Shown here: piece after piece, positions 37,590 through 49,115 of the stretch
How the letters are laid out: each line of letters begins with the position of its first letter
Position numbering within the stretch: position 1 is the first letter of the stretch
From: Yuukianura sp. NJ FZ-2021
Lineage: Eukaryota
DNA length: 64,000 nucleotides
Assembly: GCA_046563655.1 (NCBI GenBank)
Contig: CM102286.1
Location: 4,216,001-4,280,000 of the forward strand
Reading direction: 5' to 3'
Made by a program: the position numbers and the translations under genes
Notes under the pieces: model-generated
Told to the model about the DNA's origin: nothing
Seen by the model: the letters and a program-made list of their open reading frames with translations, nothing else
Databases searched by the model: none

Positions 37590-39640
37590 AACACTTAGGG
37601 GTAATATGAACCGCCCCACTCGACAAGAAGAGAGACGATCACACAAGCTTCTTATCCTTCTGCAAATGATAAAAATAAAATCACGAGTTTAGTTTAGTTT
37701 TAGTTGATGTATTGATGTGGTTTCAGTGGTGGTTGTTTCTTACACTGGCTAATACTTATTATTCATTATGTGTACTTAGTACATAGCGCAACGCAGCAAA
37801 ATCTGGCCACAAAGTGACCTTTACTCTGTCCCAACCCAATATTATCAGATATTAACTCCAATTGATCCGCTTTTCTAGGATAAATTTGGCAGTCGGCAGT
37901 AACGACAATTGTGGCAATAAAATCCATAAGTACGTCATAAATGGCGACAAAAGGATTTAACTTATCTTAACTTAGGTTTAATATAACTTCAACTTCACAA
38001 GTGCCATGTTGTTACTTCGTTGGGGACATGGGAGTGGGACTGGGAGATTTAGTGGAAGGATACGAAAACGGACTAATCTGAGTCATACTCATAATTAACC
38101 ACTTATCGGCGATGGGGTTTACTGATTATTACATAGGCATTCTACTGCACATCTATCAAGATCAAGCATTCAAAGACATTAACCTCACAAACAAACAATA
38201 CATCACAATGGTAACATCCTCAAACGAAACCTGTTGGTGAACAATCAGAAGAATCGCAAAACTGGTTTGATTTGATTAAAAGTTCAGTTTCCGGATCCGA
38301 ACTCCGGACTAAACCGTAAAACCGTTTGGAATTTGAAATTCCAATATTCTCCCTTTATCAATAGAAAAAACTTGAAATTGAATCATGGTGATTGATTATT
38401 AATAAACAATGTTTCGGAAACATAGTTATCCGTCAAATTATCCTCAAGATAATTAATATTCGATTACCGTGTGTTATGAAAGCGTTGTCTGCTCGTAAAT
38501 ACGAACAGTATCCCTCAACAGTCGCAGTCCCGTCCCCCAGACGCAGATATGGAGAGAAGGAATGAAATCAGCTGTTTTCTGCAGCAGTACCAATGGGAAG
38601 AACAAATGGAAGATTGTATTCTGGCAGATGATTCATTGCGGAAACAAAGGAATGATAAGTCCGGGTATTGACGGATGGATGACAGATCAGTTCTGAAATG
38701 ACCTCCGCCTATCCTACCCAGAATGAAACAGATGATCTACCGACCGGTGGAAACTGCGGACTGGTTGTACGGAAAGAGGACGAGGAGAAGACGAAGAGAG
38801 ATGATGATTAAAAGGAAAGGAAGATGAAGTTAATCTTTCAAGGTCACGGAAGTTCCGCAACGAAATCTCACCAACATACTTTCACCATTCAAATTTCATA
38901 GTTTGGTCACGTGATTTTTACTTTCACCAAAAGTTTCGCATTTTGGATTTACATAATTTACGCCATCACGCTTTCATCTGTGGCATTGTGCGGTGACTCA
39001 TCGTTTGTTTCTTCGATACTTTTAGTAGACAATTTGAGTGAAGGTCATGTTCAGGGTCAAAGTTAAAATAAAACTAACCTATTTTAGACGTTGAGAATTG
39101 GGAAGAGACCTACAACACAGCGTAATGTTAGTACCTACTGAAATTTATCAAGTTGCAAAAGATGCATTTTAGGTGTACTGATTTCAAGACATTTCTGCAA
39201 CAATGTTTCTGAAACGTGAGAGTTTTGTTATTTCCAAGTTGCAACTGTAACGTTAAAGATCCCAATCCAAATCCAATAAAGATTTTCGAATTATTCCCAT
39301 TTCCCAGTCGAAAATTTGCTGAAAGGTTGATTTTGTGCTGATTCAGGTTAAAGAAACTTTATAAATTCTAATTTACCATTGTTTAAAGTATTTCAATCGA
39401 CGCCAAAATAGTTCATCTACCTCGAACGCCAACAACCTTTGTCCTTTGTCGATTGACCTCTTTACTGACAGTTTTCCTTGATTCTATCCCATAACAATTG
39501 TGAATATTTGAGAATACTAATGAAATTCGGGCAGAATTTTTTGTTATTTAAGCATTTTAGTTCAATGACGAGCAAGCAGTAGATTTCACAACTTTAACTA
39601 TAAAGCAAGAGCTAAAGAAGTCAAAATAAAATATAACAAT

Positions 39641-40295
39641 ATGTCTCCATTAGTCGTTTTTCTATTGTTGCCGTTCTGTGGAATCGTACTGTCCGGCCCA
39701 CTTAAAAATCCTGGAATGGTGGTGGACGTTATTGCACCACCAGATCATCAGATTGCCCCCGAGGACGATGATAAGGACGCAGAAGCAATTCCAGCACATG
39801 GAGCTGACAGCAATACCAATACTGATGAAACTGATGAGGACTTTGTCATTCCGCGACCCCAACCTGGACGAGATGACATTTCAGATGAGGAAAACGAAGA
39901 TCCAGCTCCAGCAATTGAAAGATTGAAGATCGAGGGCATTGACTTCGGAAATGAGCGGGTCGTTCGTGACGTACAGGGTGGCTATGACGATGGTGACGAC
40001 GACACCGTGGTGGTCAATGCAGCTTCATGTGACGACCTTCGGAAAGCTTGCAATGGTAATGTCTTTTCAAGTTGTGTAACTCTTTTTTCACTATGCAATT
40101 CGGACTAAATTCGTTAGAGCTTCAATGTTTTTTGCGACTACAATTCAATTTGTGCGCTTATTCTGTTTTGACAAACTTTTGTGACCCGCTCTTGATTTAG
40201 ACAAGCATGACTTTGCGAGCTGCCACGCTTACAACGAGAACTGCAACGGTGACGAGGGCGATGAATCCCAAGTTGGAAGCCTCATCGATTGGTAA
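39641..40295 (+). CDS. Orphan secreted acidic protein with a C-terminal 4-Cys module (exons 39641-40055, 40201-40295; ~169 aa)
   Basis: Signal MSPLVVFLLLPFCGIVLSG, Asp/Glu-rich body, RVVR motif. A phase-1 intron gives SCDDLRKACNDKHDFASCHAYNENCNGDEGDESQVGSLIDW*. Confidence 0.72.
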
Positions 40296-41457
40296 ATCAA
40301 GAATAAAAATAACGAATACCGACACATCATAGTCATAATAACCATACGCAAATTTTTAATTTACTACAAGTTGAACTGGTTTAAACTTAAAAAAAAATTG
40401 GAACAATATTTATAACTTTCCTTTCAATGTCAATGAACGACCAAATGCTAAAAAAATAATAAATTGGTGCTGGATTGAATGTGATGAGTTGAGTCACTGA
40501 CGCTACTATAACTATATGTTACAACTCTCAAGGAACTTTTTTCCATTGACCTTTGACCTTGACTAGAATATCACTTGGAGACATTGATCTTGTGACCTAA
40601 TTTGCTAATCTGAAAATATGCAGTAATAAGTAATAAGCAAGCCGCCTTTGATGCTTTTACTGCAATAACTTTTTTCCAGTCGCTCTTGATTCAGCAAACG
40701 CGTCCAACGGAGAATACTCTCATGTTTTTAGCACTGGTTCATTTAAAAGTCATTTGAACAGAGTCATATTAAATTTCCATGGTTAATTATAACTTACGAA
40801 CAAATACAAGACAACGTACATATTCACATGCATTTTAAAGATTAGAAGTGTGTTTAATATCTAATATGTAAGCTATCTCAGCTTCGCAGCTTTGACATTT
40901 CGTTCGCAGTACTTAATTCTTATATTTTTACAGAGTATGTGAAACAAAATGGGTCATGGGTGTCAATTTTGGGGGTCACATCAACACAAATCTACTAATT
41001 CCAATGCCTTATTCTTAGTTAGTTTTAGTTCCCAACTGCAACTTCAGGGTAATCTCCAACATAAAATATGACGCCAATATTCTCTTTATTGCAGTGTCTG
41101 TCAAAAATTATTTCATGCTTTCGCCCGACGATTCACAGGAAACATAGTAAAAGATGCAGGTCAAAATGACAACGTTTGGCGAACAAAGCATCGTTTATTT
41201 ATTTTTAGTGTTGGAATTAACGGAAATAGGTCCTGTTCAATGGGTTTTGACAGTCCTATAACTGAACTGTGCACTCCCAGTCATAATAAACTTATGGACA
41301 AACTAGTAATAGAAAAAGGGTATGTTAAACTAGTCGGTCGTATTAGGCTATAAAGCAATTTTAATAGCGACTTTGTTCAACGTCCATTTCAATGTTTGGA
41401 TTTTAACATAAATACAACTGTGTTTAACGCGGGATCAAAGCTGAACTGAAAGTCGAC

Positions 41458-42970
41458 ATGAAGATCATTGGAACCACGTTATTGTTTACGAAAGTGGTAA
41501 ACATAATATTTCCAGTTACAGTTTTCTGTCTTCCTTGCGTTTTTGGTATGGATACAAATTGAGATTTAGTTGGATTAGGACTAATTTGTCAATCTTGCGG
41601 CAGGAAGCGTATATCATCGAGAGCCTCCCGAGCTACGTTACGGCCTTCCACGGAGAATGGATTCACCAAGAAGCCATTTTAACTATGGTGACAGGCCTTC
41701 AAATTTAAGACGTTGGGCACAACGCCCGATTCTTCGAACACCTCCTATTTTTCAATATGGCGGTGTATTTGAACCTCCTGCTTACAGTCACGAAAGTGAC
41801 CAGACGGGCGAATATCCGCAGAATCCATACCCTCTTCGCGGCAGCTTTAATCCTAGCAATCAAGCGCCATATTTCCCTCCACAGTTTTTTGAAAATCCGC
41901 CCCCATTTGTTCCAAAATCTGCTTTGCAATTTCAACAACCCCCTTTTTCGCATAATTTAAAAACACCTCCACCAACATTTTCAACGCCAAATCTTGACGC
42001 TGAGAACTTCTACCGCCAAAAACGTCTGTCCGCTACTACAGAACAAGAAAATGTAACCAATAAACCAAGCGAGCCAATAGATCCAATTCAAACTCCACTC
42101 AAAAATTGTTTATCACATCAATGTAAACAAAGCAATGAAAACTCCAAGCTCTGTCAAGTTCACTGCGCACTTAAATCAATTCCAAAATCCCATCCCCTGA
42201 ACCCATCAATTTTCAAAATGGCCAAGGTCATCAATTTGGCAATTCGAGCAATTTGTGATCCGGTTCAAACAAGTTTAGATTTAGGCTGGAAGTATTTTGT
42301 AGAAAATTCAAAACCAGTACATTCTTTTGTCCACTGGCAAAAGAAGATGGGCATCAATCTGAAACAAATAGTTTATACTGACTTGCGCAAAATGGCGGAC
42401 ACGCTCTTGGTACAGGTAATCAAACATGCGCAGACTCCGTTGTCAGTTTTTAAAGACCTTTATGAAGACTCAGGAAATAAAACTTCCCGCAGCGAAACAA
42501 AAATTTCGGAAAGTGTCAACATTGGCTGTTTGGCCGTAAACGTCCAAAACTATGCTAATAAATTTGTTGACATTTTGACAAGAAACCCCTCGATGATTGA
42601 CGTTCTTTTAGCGGGAAGTTCCTTTGTTGTGAATGTTGGCAAATATATTCCTGGTTCACATCAAAAAATGTTCAGAACAATGGCTCTAGCAAATGAACTT
42701 TTTATAAATTCAAGTTGTGGCATTTTGTACTGGTGAGCGGAATTAAACGTTTCATTGAACTTTCAAAATCCGAGTTAAAGTGATGTTAAACTTTAGTTTG
42801 AAATTTTCCAGGGTTGGCGTCCATGGAGCTACATGTGACCAAATCGCTGAAAGTGAAATTCTTATTAAAAAGAAAACAACACAACCTAAAAGAGGATTCG
42901 AATCTTGTCCTTCCATTGAGCGCGAAATTAAAATTTATATCGACTAATAACTAAAAGTAGCATTCTTTAA
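41458..42970 (+). CDS. Uncharacterised, probably secreted protein with a Pro/Phe/Gln-rich N-terminal region and a Cys-containing C-terminal domain (exons 41458-41545, 41604-42732, 42811-42970)
   Basis: The 359-aa ORF is extended in frame by a hydrophobic first exon (MKIIGTTLLFTKVVNIIFPVTVFCLPCVFG) and by a terminal exon, both via canonical GT-AG introns. Confidence 0.65.
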
Positions 42971-43326
42971 AAACTCAGAAACGATGAAAACAACGCATTC
43001 CTGGGTCAAGTTTTAACGCGAAAACATAATTTAATAATTAGTATTTTTAACAATTTAGTACAACCATTTTGGTACTTCACAAGCTGAAATCCCATGATAC
43101 GAATTGTAATAAAACCTGTATGATTGTATTAAAAATGGCGGAAAACTTTTGGTTACTGGGAATGAGTTAATTATTTATGAAAATCTCACAATCAGTTAAA
43201 ATTTAGGAATTTGTCTGAGTTCGTAACAAATTCAGTCTAAAAAACATAAGCCTTTCATAAATGTAAACGGTATTGTCGTCTCTGTGAAATCAAATAAAGC
43301 AGTTTTTTTTTTCAAAATGTAACTAT

Positions 43327-44543
43327 TTAGACTTCCTTGATGCAAATTCCGTATGGACGAATGCTCTTTTCGTTTCGGGTGATCCAGTAATCTCCAATAC
43401 CCCCGAGTTCTGCAGAAGGTATAACCCAAGTGTCATCAGAGTTCACCCGATTTTGAAACACAGTGACGTAGTTTTTGCCGCCAAACTTGAATGGCGTTGC
43501 ATAGCGTTCAGCCACATCAATATCCGGAGTACTGTAAACTCCATGACCAAACTCAAATCGCTTTCCTTTGCTAAATAAGTATCCATCTTCAGCGATTGAT
43601 CTCAAGTTGTGACGACCCGTTCCGTGATAGGACACTAAAAATTACACAAAATTAACTGACAGGTAGTAAAATGGCGACTGCAATGTCATTTCACTGCTTT
43701 TAACTGACTAACCTGGCCACTCTCCTTCGGCTGAGTCAGTGACAATCTCCCTGTTGATCCCGAGCCAAACTGGAGAAATAAATACAGTATCCGTAAGATT
43801 TTTTCAAATTTTTCAAAATTTGAAAAACTCTGAAAGAAGACATTTATTTTGTGAGTTAACGTACCATTGTCGTCGTAACGGTCCAGTACTTTGAGGGCGA
43901 TCCGCGTCCAACCACAAGGTCTGCGATACCTATGTTTCCCACGAGAATACTCCAATGTGTCCTTCACATTTGTGAAGTCGTAGTCAAATTGCTGATCTCG
44001 TAGATTTGGTGACAGGTGAAATGCCGCTGGTTCGCCACCACCTCCTCTAACACTCAAAACGAGCTCAATCGTAGAGGTCGCTGTAACACCGCAGTCTTTC
44101 AAGGTGCGGTAATCTTGCAACTGCATGCCGGAGAATAATAATCTCTGCTCCGTTGGCGGAATTCCTTCCTTGCTCTGCACCTTCACCTTTACGTCCGCAA
44201 CCGTGTCAGTTTCATTGAAGTCCAGAATTATTGTTTTCCCTGTTCTCAACATCTTAATGAAAATGGGGTCACCCTGGCCAAGCTCCGCTTTGTTGGGGAC
44301 GCAACGAACTTCGCCTTTCATTAGTTGAGTAGAAAACAAAGACGATAGGTCAACCGTATCACCATATTGAAGTAAATGTCCTGGAACCGACGTTGGATTA
44401 GCATTAGCAGCCTGTTCTTTGGTGGCGGTGATCTTTGCTTTAGTAATTGCGGACAATGCGGCAGCCAAAAAATCATCGGAGACCCTTTTTAAATCCTGTT
44501 TTTGTTTTTGGGTGGTCTTAACCTTAGATGCGTACACCAGCAT
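43327..44543 (-). CDS. Ubiquitin-like domain fused to an ADP-ribosyltransferase (PARP/NEURL4/Gig2-like)-fold domain (exons 44543-43865, 43769-43713, 43634-43327; ~347 aa)
   Basis: Ub-like IFIKMLRTGKTIILD...DTVADVKVKVQSKEGIPPTEQRLLFSGMQLQDYRTLKDCGV...ELVLSVRGG, followed by FDYDFT...YRRPCGWTRIALKV...WLG...GEWPVSYHGT...FGHGVYSTPDIDVAERYA...VFQNRVN...DYW...IRPYGICIK. Two phase-1 introns join the frames. Confidence 0.85.
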
Positions 44544-47500
44544 CCTGTGCAAATTTTTAAAAAATCGAAAAATTAGATCTTACTAAAACACAAGAGAACT
44601 TGTTTAGTCCATTTACTACTGGTTATGCATTAGGTTAGAGTGGAAAGGTTAAATATCAATTCCAAAATTACAAATCTAAAAAAAACTTACGTAACAAGTA
44701 TCAATGGAATGATTCAGTCAATTATGAAGTTTGTATTTTGGCAGCGAGAATTTGTATTTCTCTCTCGAAGGCGTTTAACAAACTGGATGGATTTAAAAAT
44801 AAATATGGTGGTGGACGTTTATTTCGCTTGGACTATATGACGCTGCGTCTAAGAATACTGACTCAGCACTATTCACACCAGAAATTTAATACGGCTAAAA
44901 CCAGCTCTAAACAAAAATGAACAATGATTTCTGACAAATTGCGATACGAACTACTTGTGCAATGGCGTCTCAATTTATATGCACCAAGGGATCGAAAAAA
45001 GCGAATTTTTATGACACTCCGTTCTATTTGGGCAATTCGGGAATCAGATTTCATTTGATTTAAACCGAGACGTAAATTGAAAGGCCGCGCTTTATCAGAA
45101 AATTTCATCAGCGCATTCGATTTCGAAGTGCTTCTGAACAAAAATTAATTTCCAGAGGAAGCTTACGGCGAAATAGATTTTTTGTAGTTTGAGTCGTAGC
45201 TGTATTTTAAATTTTGTTTGTTTTAATTTCGTACCTCTCTATGAACACATGTATTAATTAACTTAATTAATTAAATTCAGTTATTAAGGAAATTTCAAGA
45301 TGTCCAAAATTCGGATTTTCTTCAAGAAAAATCACACGTTAAGTTGCTCATATAGTCGGCGGGGGCCTTAAGAGCACTTAGAGGACCCCTAATATTTTGT
45401 CCTAAAAACAGTTTAGAATTTTATTAAAACTTACATTTCCCTATGTACTACTTAGCAGGCAACTTGTTTTTTATTGTCAAACCTGCACTGCCTATACCTA
45501 CAGCACGGAAATCAACTTTTTGTTCAAAAAGAAAAACTCAAAGACATCTTTGAAAAAAGAAGTCTTTCATTTCCTTTTGTACCGCTAACAAAAGCTATTT
45601 ATTTTGTTCACCTCCTATCTGCCCTTTCTTGTCAGTCTAAAAATCTAGAAACTTACATTTTTTGGACCTGAAAGACTAGAATACACATGTCCTAATAATT
45701 TATTCCTTGCTCTTGTGTCCAGTGGGAAGACACGAATTGAGTAAGAGTCAGAGAATTGATTGACCCTTTGCTTTCTCCCAGTTGACAAACTGATGCTCAC
45801 ATGAATTATTTAGACAATTGATTACACACGCATTTTTCAAAGTCCAGGTTCTTCAGAGATAGAAGATAAGTACAGCAGAAGAAGAAAGTTTGCTCTCGCT
45901 CAATTGAAAAGAAAGCATTTTCCATGGAGGTTGAACGTGGAATTCTTGGTGGAAGAAAAAGTCTGCTAAATCATTTCTAACGACACAATTATGGTTCCTA
46001 TAGATCATCGTCAGGCGGGATTGAACTGCAGAAGTACGTGGTATCGTGCCTAACCTGTCAAAATTTGTTCGAAGTTGAAGTAGGTCACGTTGGGATGGAT
46101 GAAACTTTAAAACCTTTTGTTAATAGCAATAAGAGATAAAACTGCGGAAGTAAAGAAATGCAGGAAGGATAAATATTTTCTGTGTCTGTTAGGTCTAGGT
46201 GGTTCAACAGGTATAGATTCAACTAATATCTTTGTGGATGCATGAAAAGTTTGTAGATACAAGTTAAACTTAAAAAAAAAATAGTGCATATAGATGAGGA
46301 TGGCAGATTTATTTTAAAGGTCTGAATACTAAATATTTAGGATGCATTGGAACACAAAATCAAGAAATGTTAGGTTAGATTCTAAAGTCGCGATTAAATC
46401 AGAAGAAGATCCCACCAGAGAGGAAAATTCTGAATCCGGTTTTTAAAACAAATATTTGTAAGCTACAACTGCTATTTTAGATTTCTAGATAAACAGTCAG
46501 TCTAGCTTTTGTTAAACAACTTTAAAACAAAGTATCATCAACTGAAAGATTTGGTACATGTGAAACAGTTTTGCTACTGTTTTGGCTCATTTGGACTTTA
46601 TACATAAAATTCTAAAGTTCCAAAAATCCTAAAGCTCTAAAATGCACATTGAAAAAAAAAAGTACTGGTTAAAAATAGTGGGTTTCGTTTGAGTGATTCG
46701 CTTTGGCGTTTAACCCTTTTGAACAACACGGTTTCACATAGAGGTTGATGACAAATGCCGTTTAATTAAAGAAGGAAAATACTTTCTTTGGACCAGGGAA
46801 TCTAGGTAGTTTTACGGGTTTGCTTTCATCCACGTTTGTTGCGTTTCAATATGTACCATTTTTACATAAAATTGTAAAACGTTTGCTTCTATAAGTCCCG
46901 TGAATTACGGTGCTTATTACACGGGAATCCACTTTTGTTCTCTCATCGGTCTCCTTTTCGTTACATACTCTTTCTTGTGCTAAAGGAAGAAGGAACCTGT
47001 TGATTAGAAGAAAATAGACGCGAAGAAGATGAGTAAGAAGTGGGAGGGCTGTGAAAGTTTTTAGCCTCGCAATTTTTTGAACCAAAATTATTATAGCATT
47101 TTAACTGATGCCATAATTTACAGAAACAAGTTTAGTTTACTTAATGATTTAGATCTGGGGAAATTTGAAACTCAAGGTTGACATGTTGCTTAGACGCCTT
47201 GAAAAATGAAAAAAAAAAATGACACTCCAAAGGAGACAAGTGCAGATCAGTAATAGTGGCATAAAGTTCTTTAGTAATCTCATCGCTGAATGACTCTCTG
47301 TTTTGGTTTAGGCCTGAAGTATTTTAAATCTACATTTTGTTATTTATTAAATTTCGTGAAGTCTAAATAATCCGCCGACGAATTGAGAAGCTGGCATTAA
47401 AAACACATTTGTTTGTAATAAAAGCAATGAAATTATCAAGCCGGATCAACGATTTAAAAAAAATTGAAAAATGTATAGGTGAACTGAACACTTTTCAGGT

Positions 47501-47827
47501 TAAATTCCTTCAGTCAAAACCCAAATTATAGGTTGCGGTTGCCAATTTGCTGAAAGAATCTCCTCAAACTTAATCCCAATCCCACCTGATGCAACAGTTT
47601 TGCCAACATTTCGTCAGCGATAAACTGAATCAACTCAACATGCCGGCTTTCTTTTCAACTATACTTGTCATTCTCCTGTCAGTTCGCTTTTAGACACTGC
47701 ATCAGAATAAAGCATTTTCAATTCCACTACTTTTGTAAGCACTTACAAAAAATTTGCATCGTTTAATTTCAAAATTGCAAAAATTTTTGCTTTGGACATT
47801 TGAGAATTTTTTTCTCAGCAACCGAAA

Positions 47828-48644
47828 ATGGCGGTCGTATCAATACCAATTGGAAATTTGGTGGGACGAAGTTTGGAATGCGCAGAAGCAGAGGAGAATC
47901 CGAGCATCTTCAATTCTACTTGCCTCGAGTTGAGTATTACGTCGGGTTCCATGCGCATGTCGAAGGCCTGGAGTTGCAAACATTGTACCAAGCGGGGTCA
48001 TCTACAGCGATCAGCGATTTTCGAGGCCTCATTGTGGCAATTTAGAGCCGGCTCTTTTGAAGAGGTCATCGCTCTACTTTAAGAAAGTCCGCCGAGGGCC
48101 CATGGACCCTTTGTGGCCGCATGTCATCTCAGCATTTGAAGGGACTATTGCTCCTCTCTACGGTTCCCAGGTTAAGCAATACAAGAAAATATCTGCTGGT
48201 GATCGCTCCTGTCTGCTACTTTTTTCAAGAAACAGTTCTGAAAAATTACAAAATCTTTCTCCACTTTCACCGGAATTTCCTCAAATTTCACCACAATTTT
48301 CTCAAATTGAATCAAGCAAGTCTAATCCAATGGGAATCCTCGTCTTCAAAAACAAACCGACAGATGAATTCGCGTGGTTAAACATTCCCGCGAGTTTTGA
48401 AATCAAAAGCCTCTTTCTTCTTAATCCTTCAACGAATTCTGGAAAAGGGCTCGGTTCTGTGCTGCTAGCAAAAGCAATCTCAAAAGGTCAAAGGTCAGGA
48501 GCCAGTTCCATCCATGTAACAGTTTCTGCCGTTGTACCTACCAGTCTCATCTTTTTTCTTAAACACGGATTTAGAATAATACATAGCTGGAATGGAAAGT
48601 ATCAGGCGGGAGTAACGGAGTACTTACTTGCAAGAAAAATTTAA
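47828..48644 (+). CDS. GNAT-family acetyltransferase of bacterial type (domain in uninterrupted ORF 48057-48644; 5' end uncertain)
   Basis: FEIKSLFLLNPSTNSGKGLGSVLL (acetyl-CoA-binding G-x-G-x-G motif A), IHVTVSAVVPTSLIFFLKHGF (motif B), and SWNGKYQAGVTEYLL. A possible intron 47929-48007 (GTTGAG...CTACAG) would link the ATG at 47828 in frame. Confidence 0.75.
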
Positions 48645-49115
48645 TTAAAATCAATCCAGGTCAAGTAGTAGTTTTTAATTTCAAAAAAAGAATTTAATTT
48701 AATTTGTTTAAGAAAGAAATCACAATAAAAGCTTTCTATCTTGGTGTGGTCCTGTGGAGCTAAAAGAATTCAAAGACTAGTCGTCGAATGTCTATGTCCA
48801 TTTCTCGCAACAATGGAACATTAGGAACTACAAAATAGATCTTAGATATATCTTTAGATATATCAATTGAAATTTTTACCCATTAACAAAATACGGTGTT
48901 ATGTTGGTCATTGTGTAACTAACTACGCAAGTTATTTTACAAATTCCCGAATAATTTATTCAGAAGAGCGACCAACTATTAGTGTTTGCGCTACTCGACT
49001 ACTTTCTCTAAAATAACTTACCTACTAAGATTTACTAAAGCGGTGTTCCCACCGTATTTTTCACACGTTACGCCACCATCGGTAGCGCGCCTTTGGAGCA
49101 TTTTTATTTTTTCAT

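Noticed and set aside
47961..48010. CKHCTKRGH resembling a gag zinc knuckle in ORF 47828..48082
   Set aside because: It lacks the final Cys, there is no other retroelement signal, and it falls in a putative intron of the GNAT gene.
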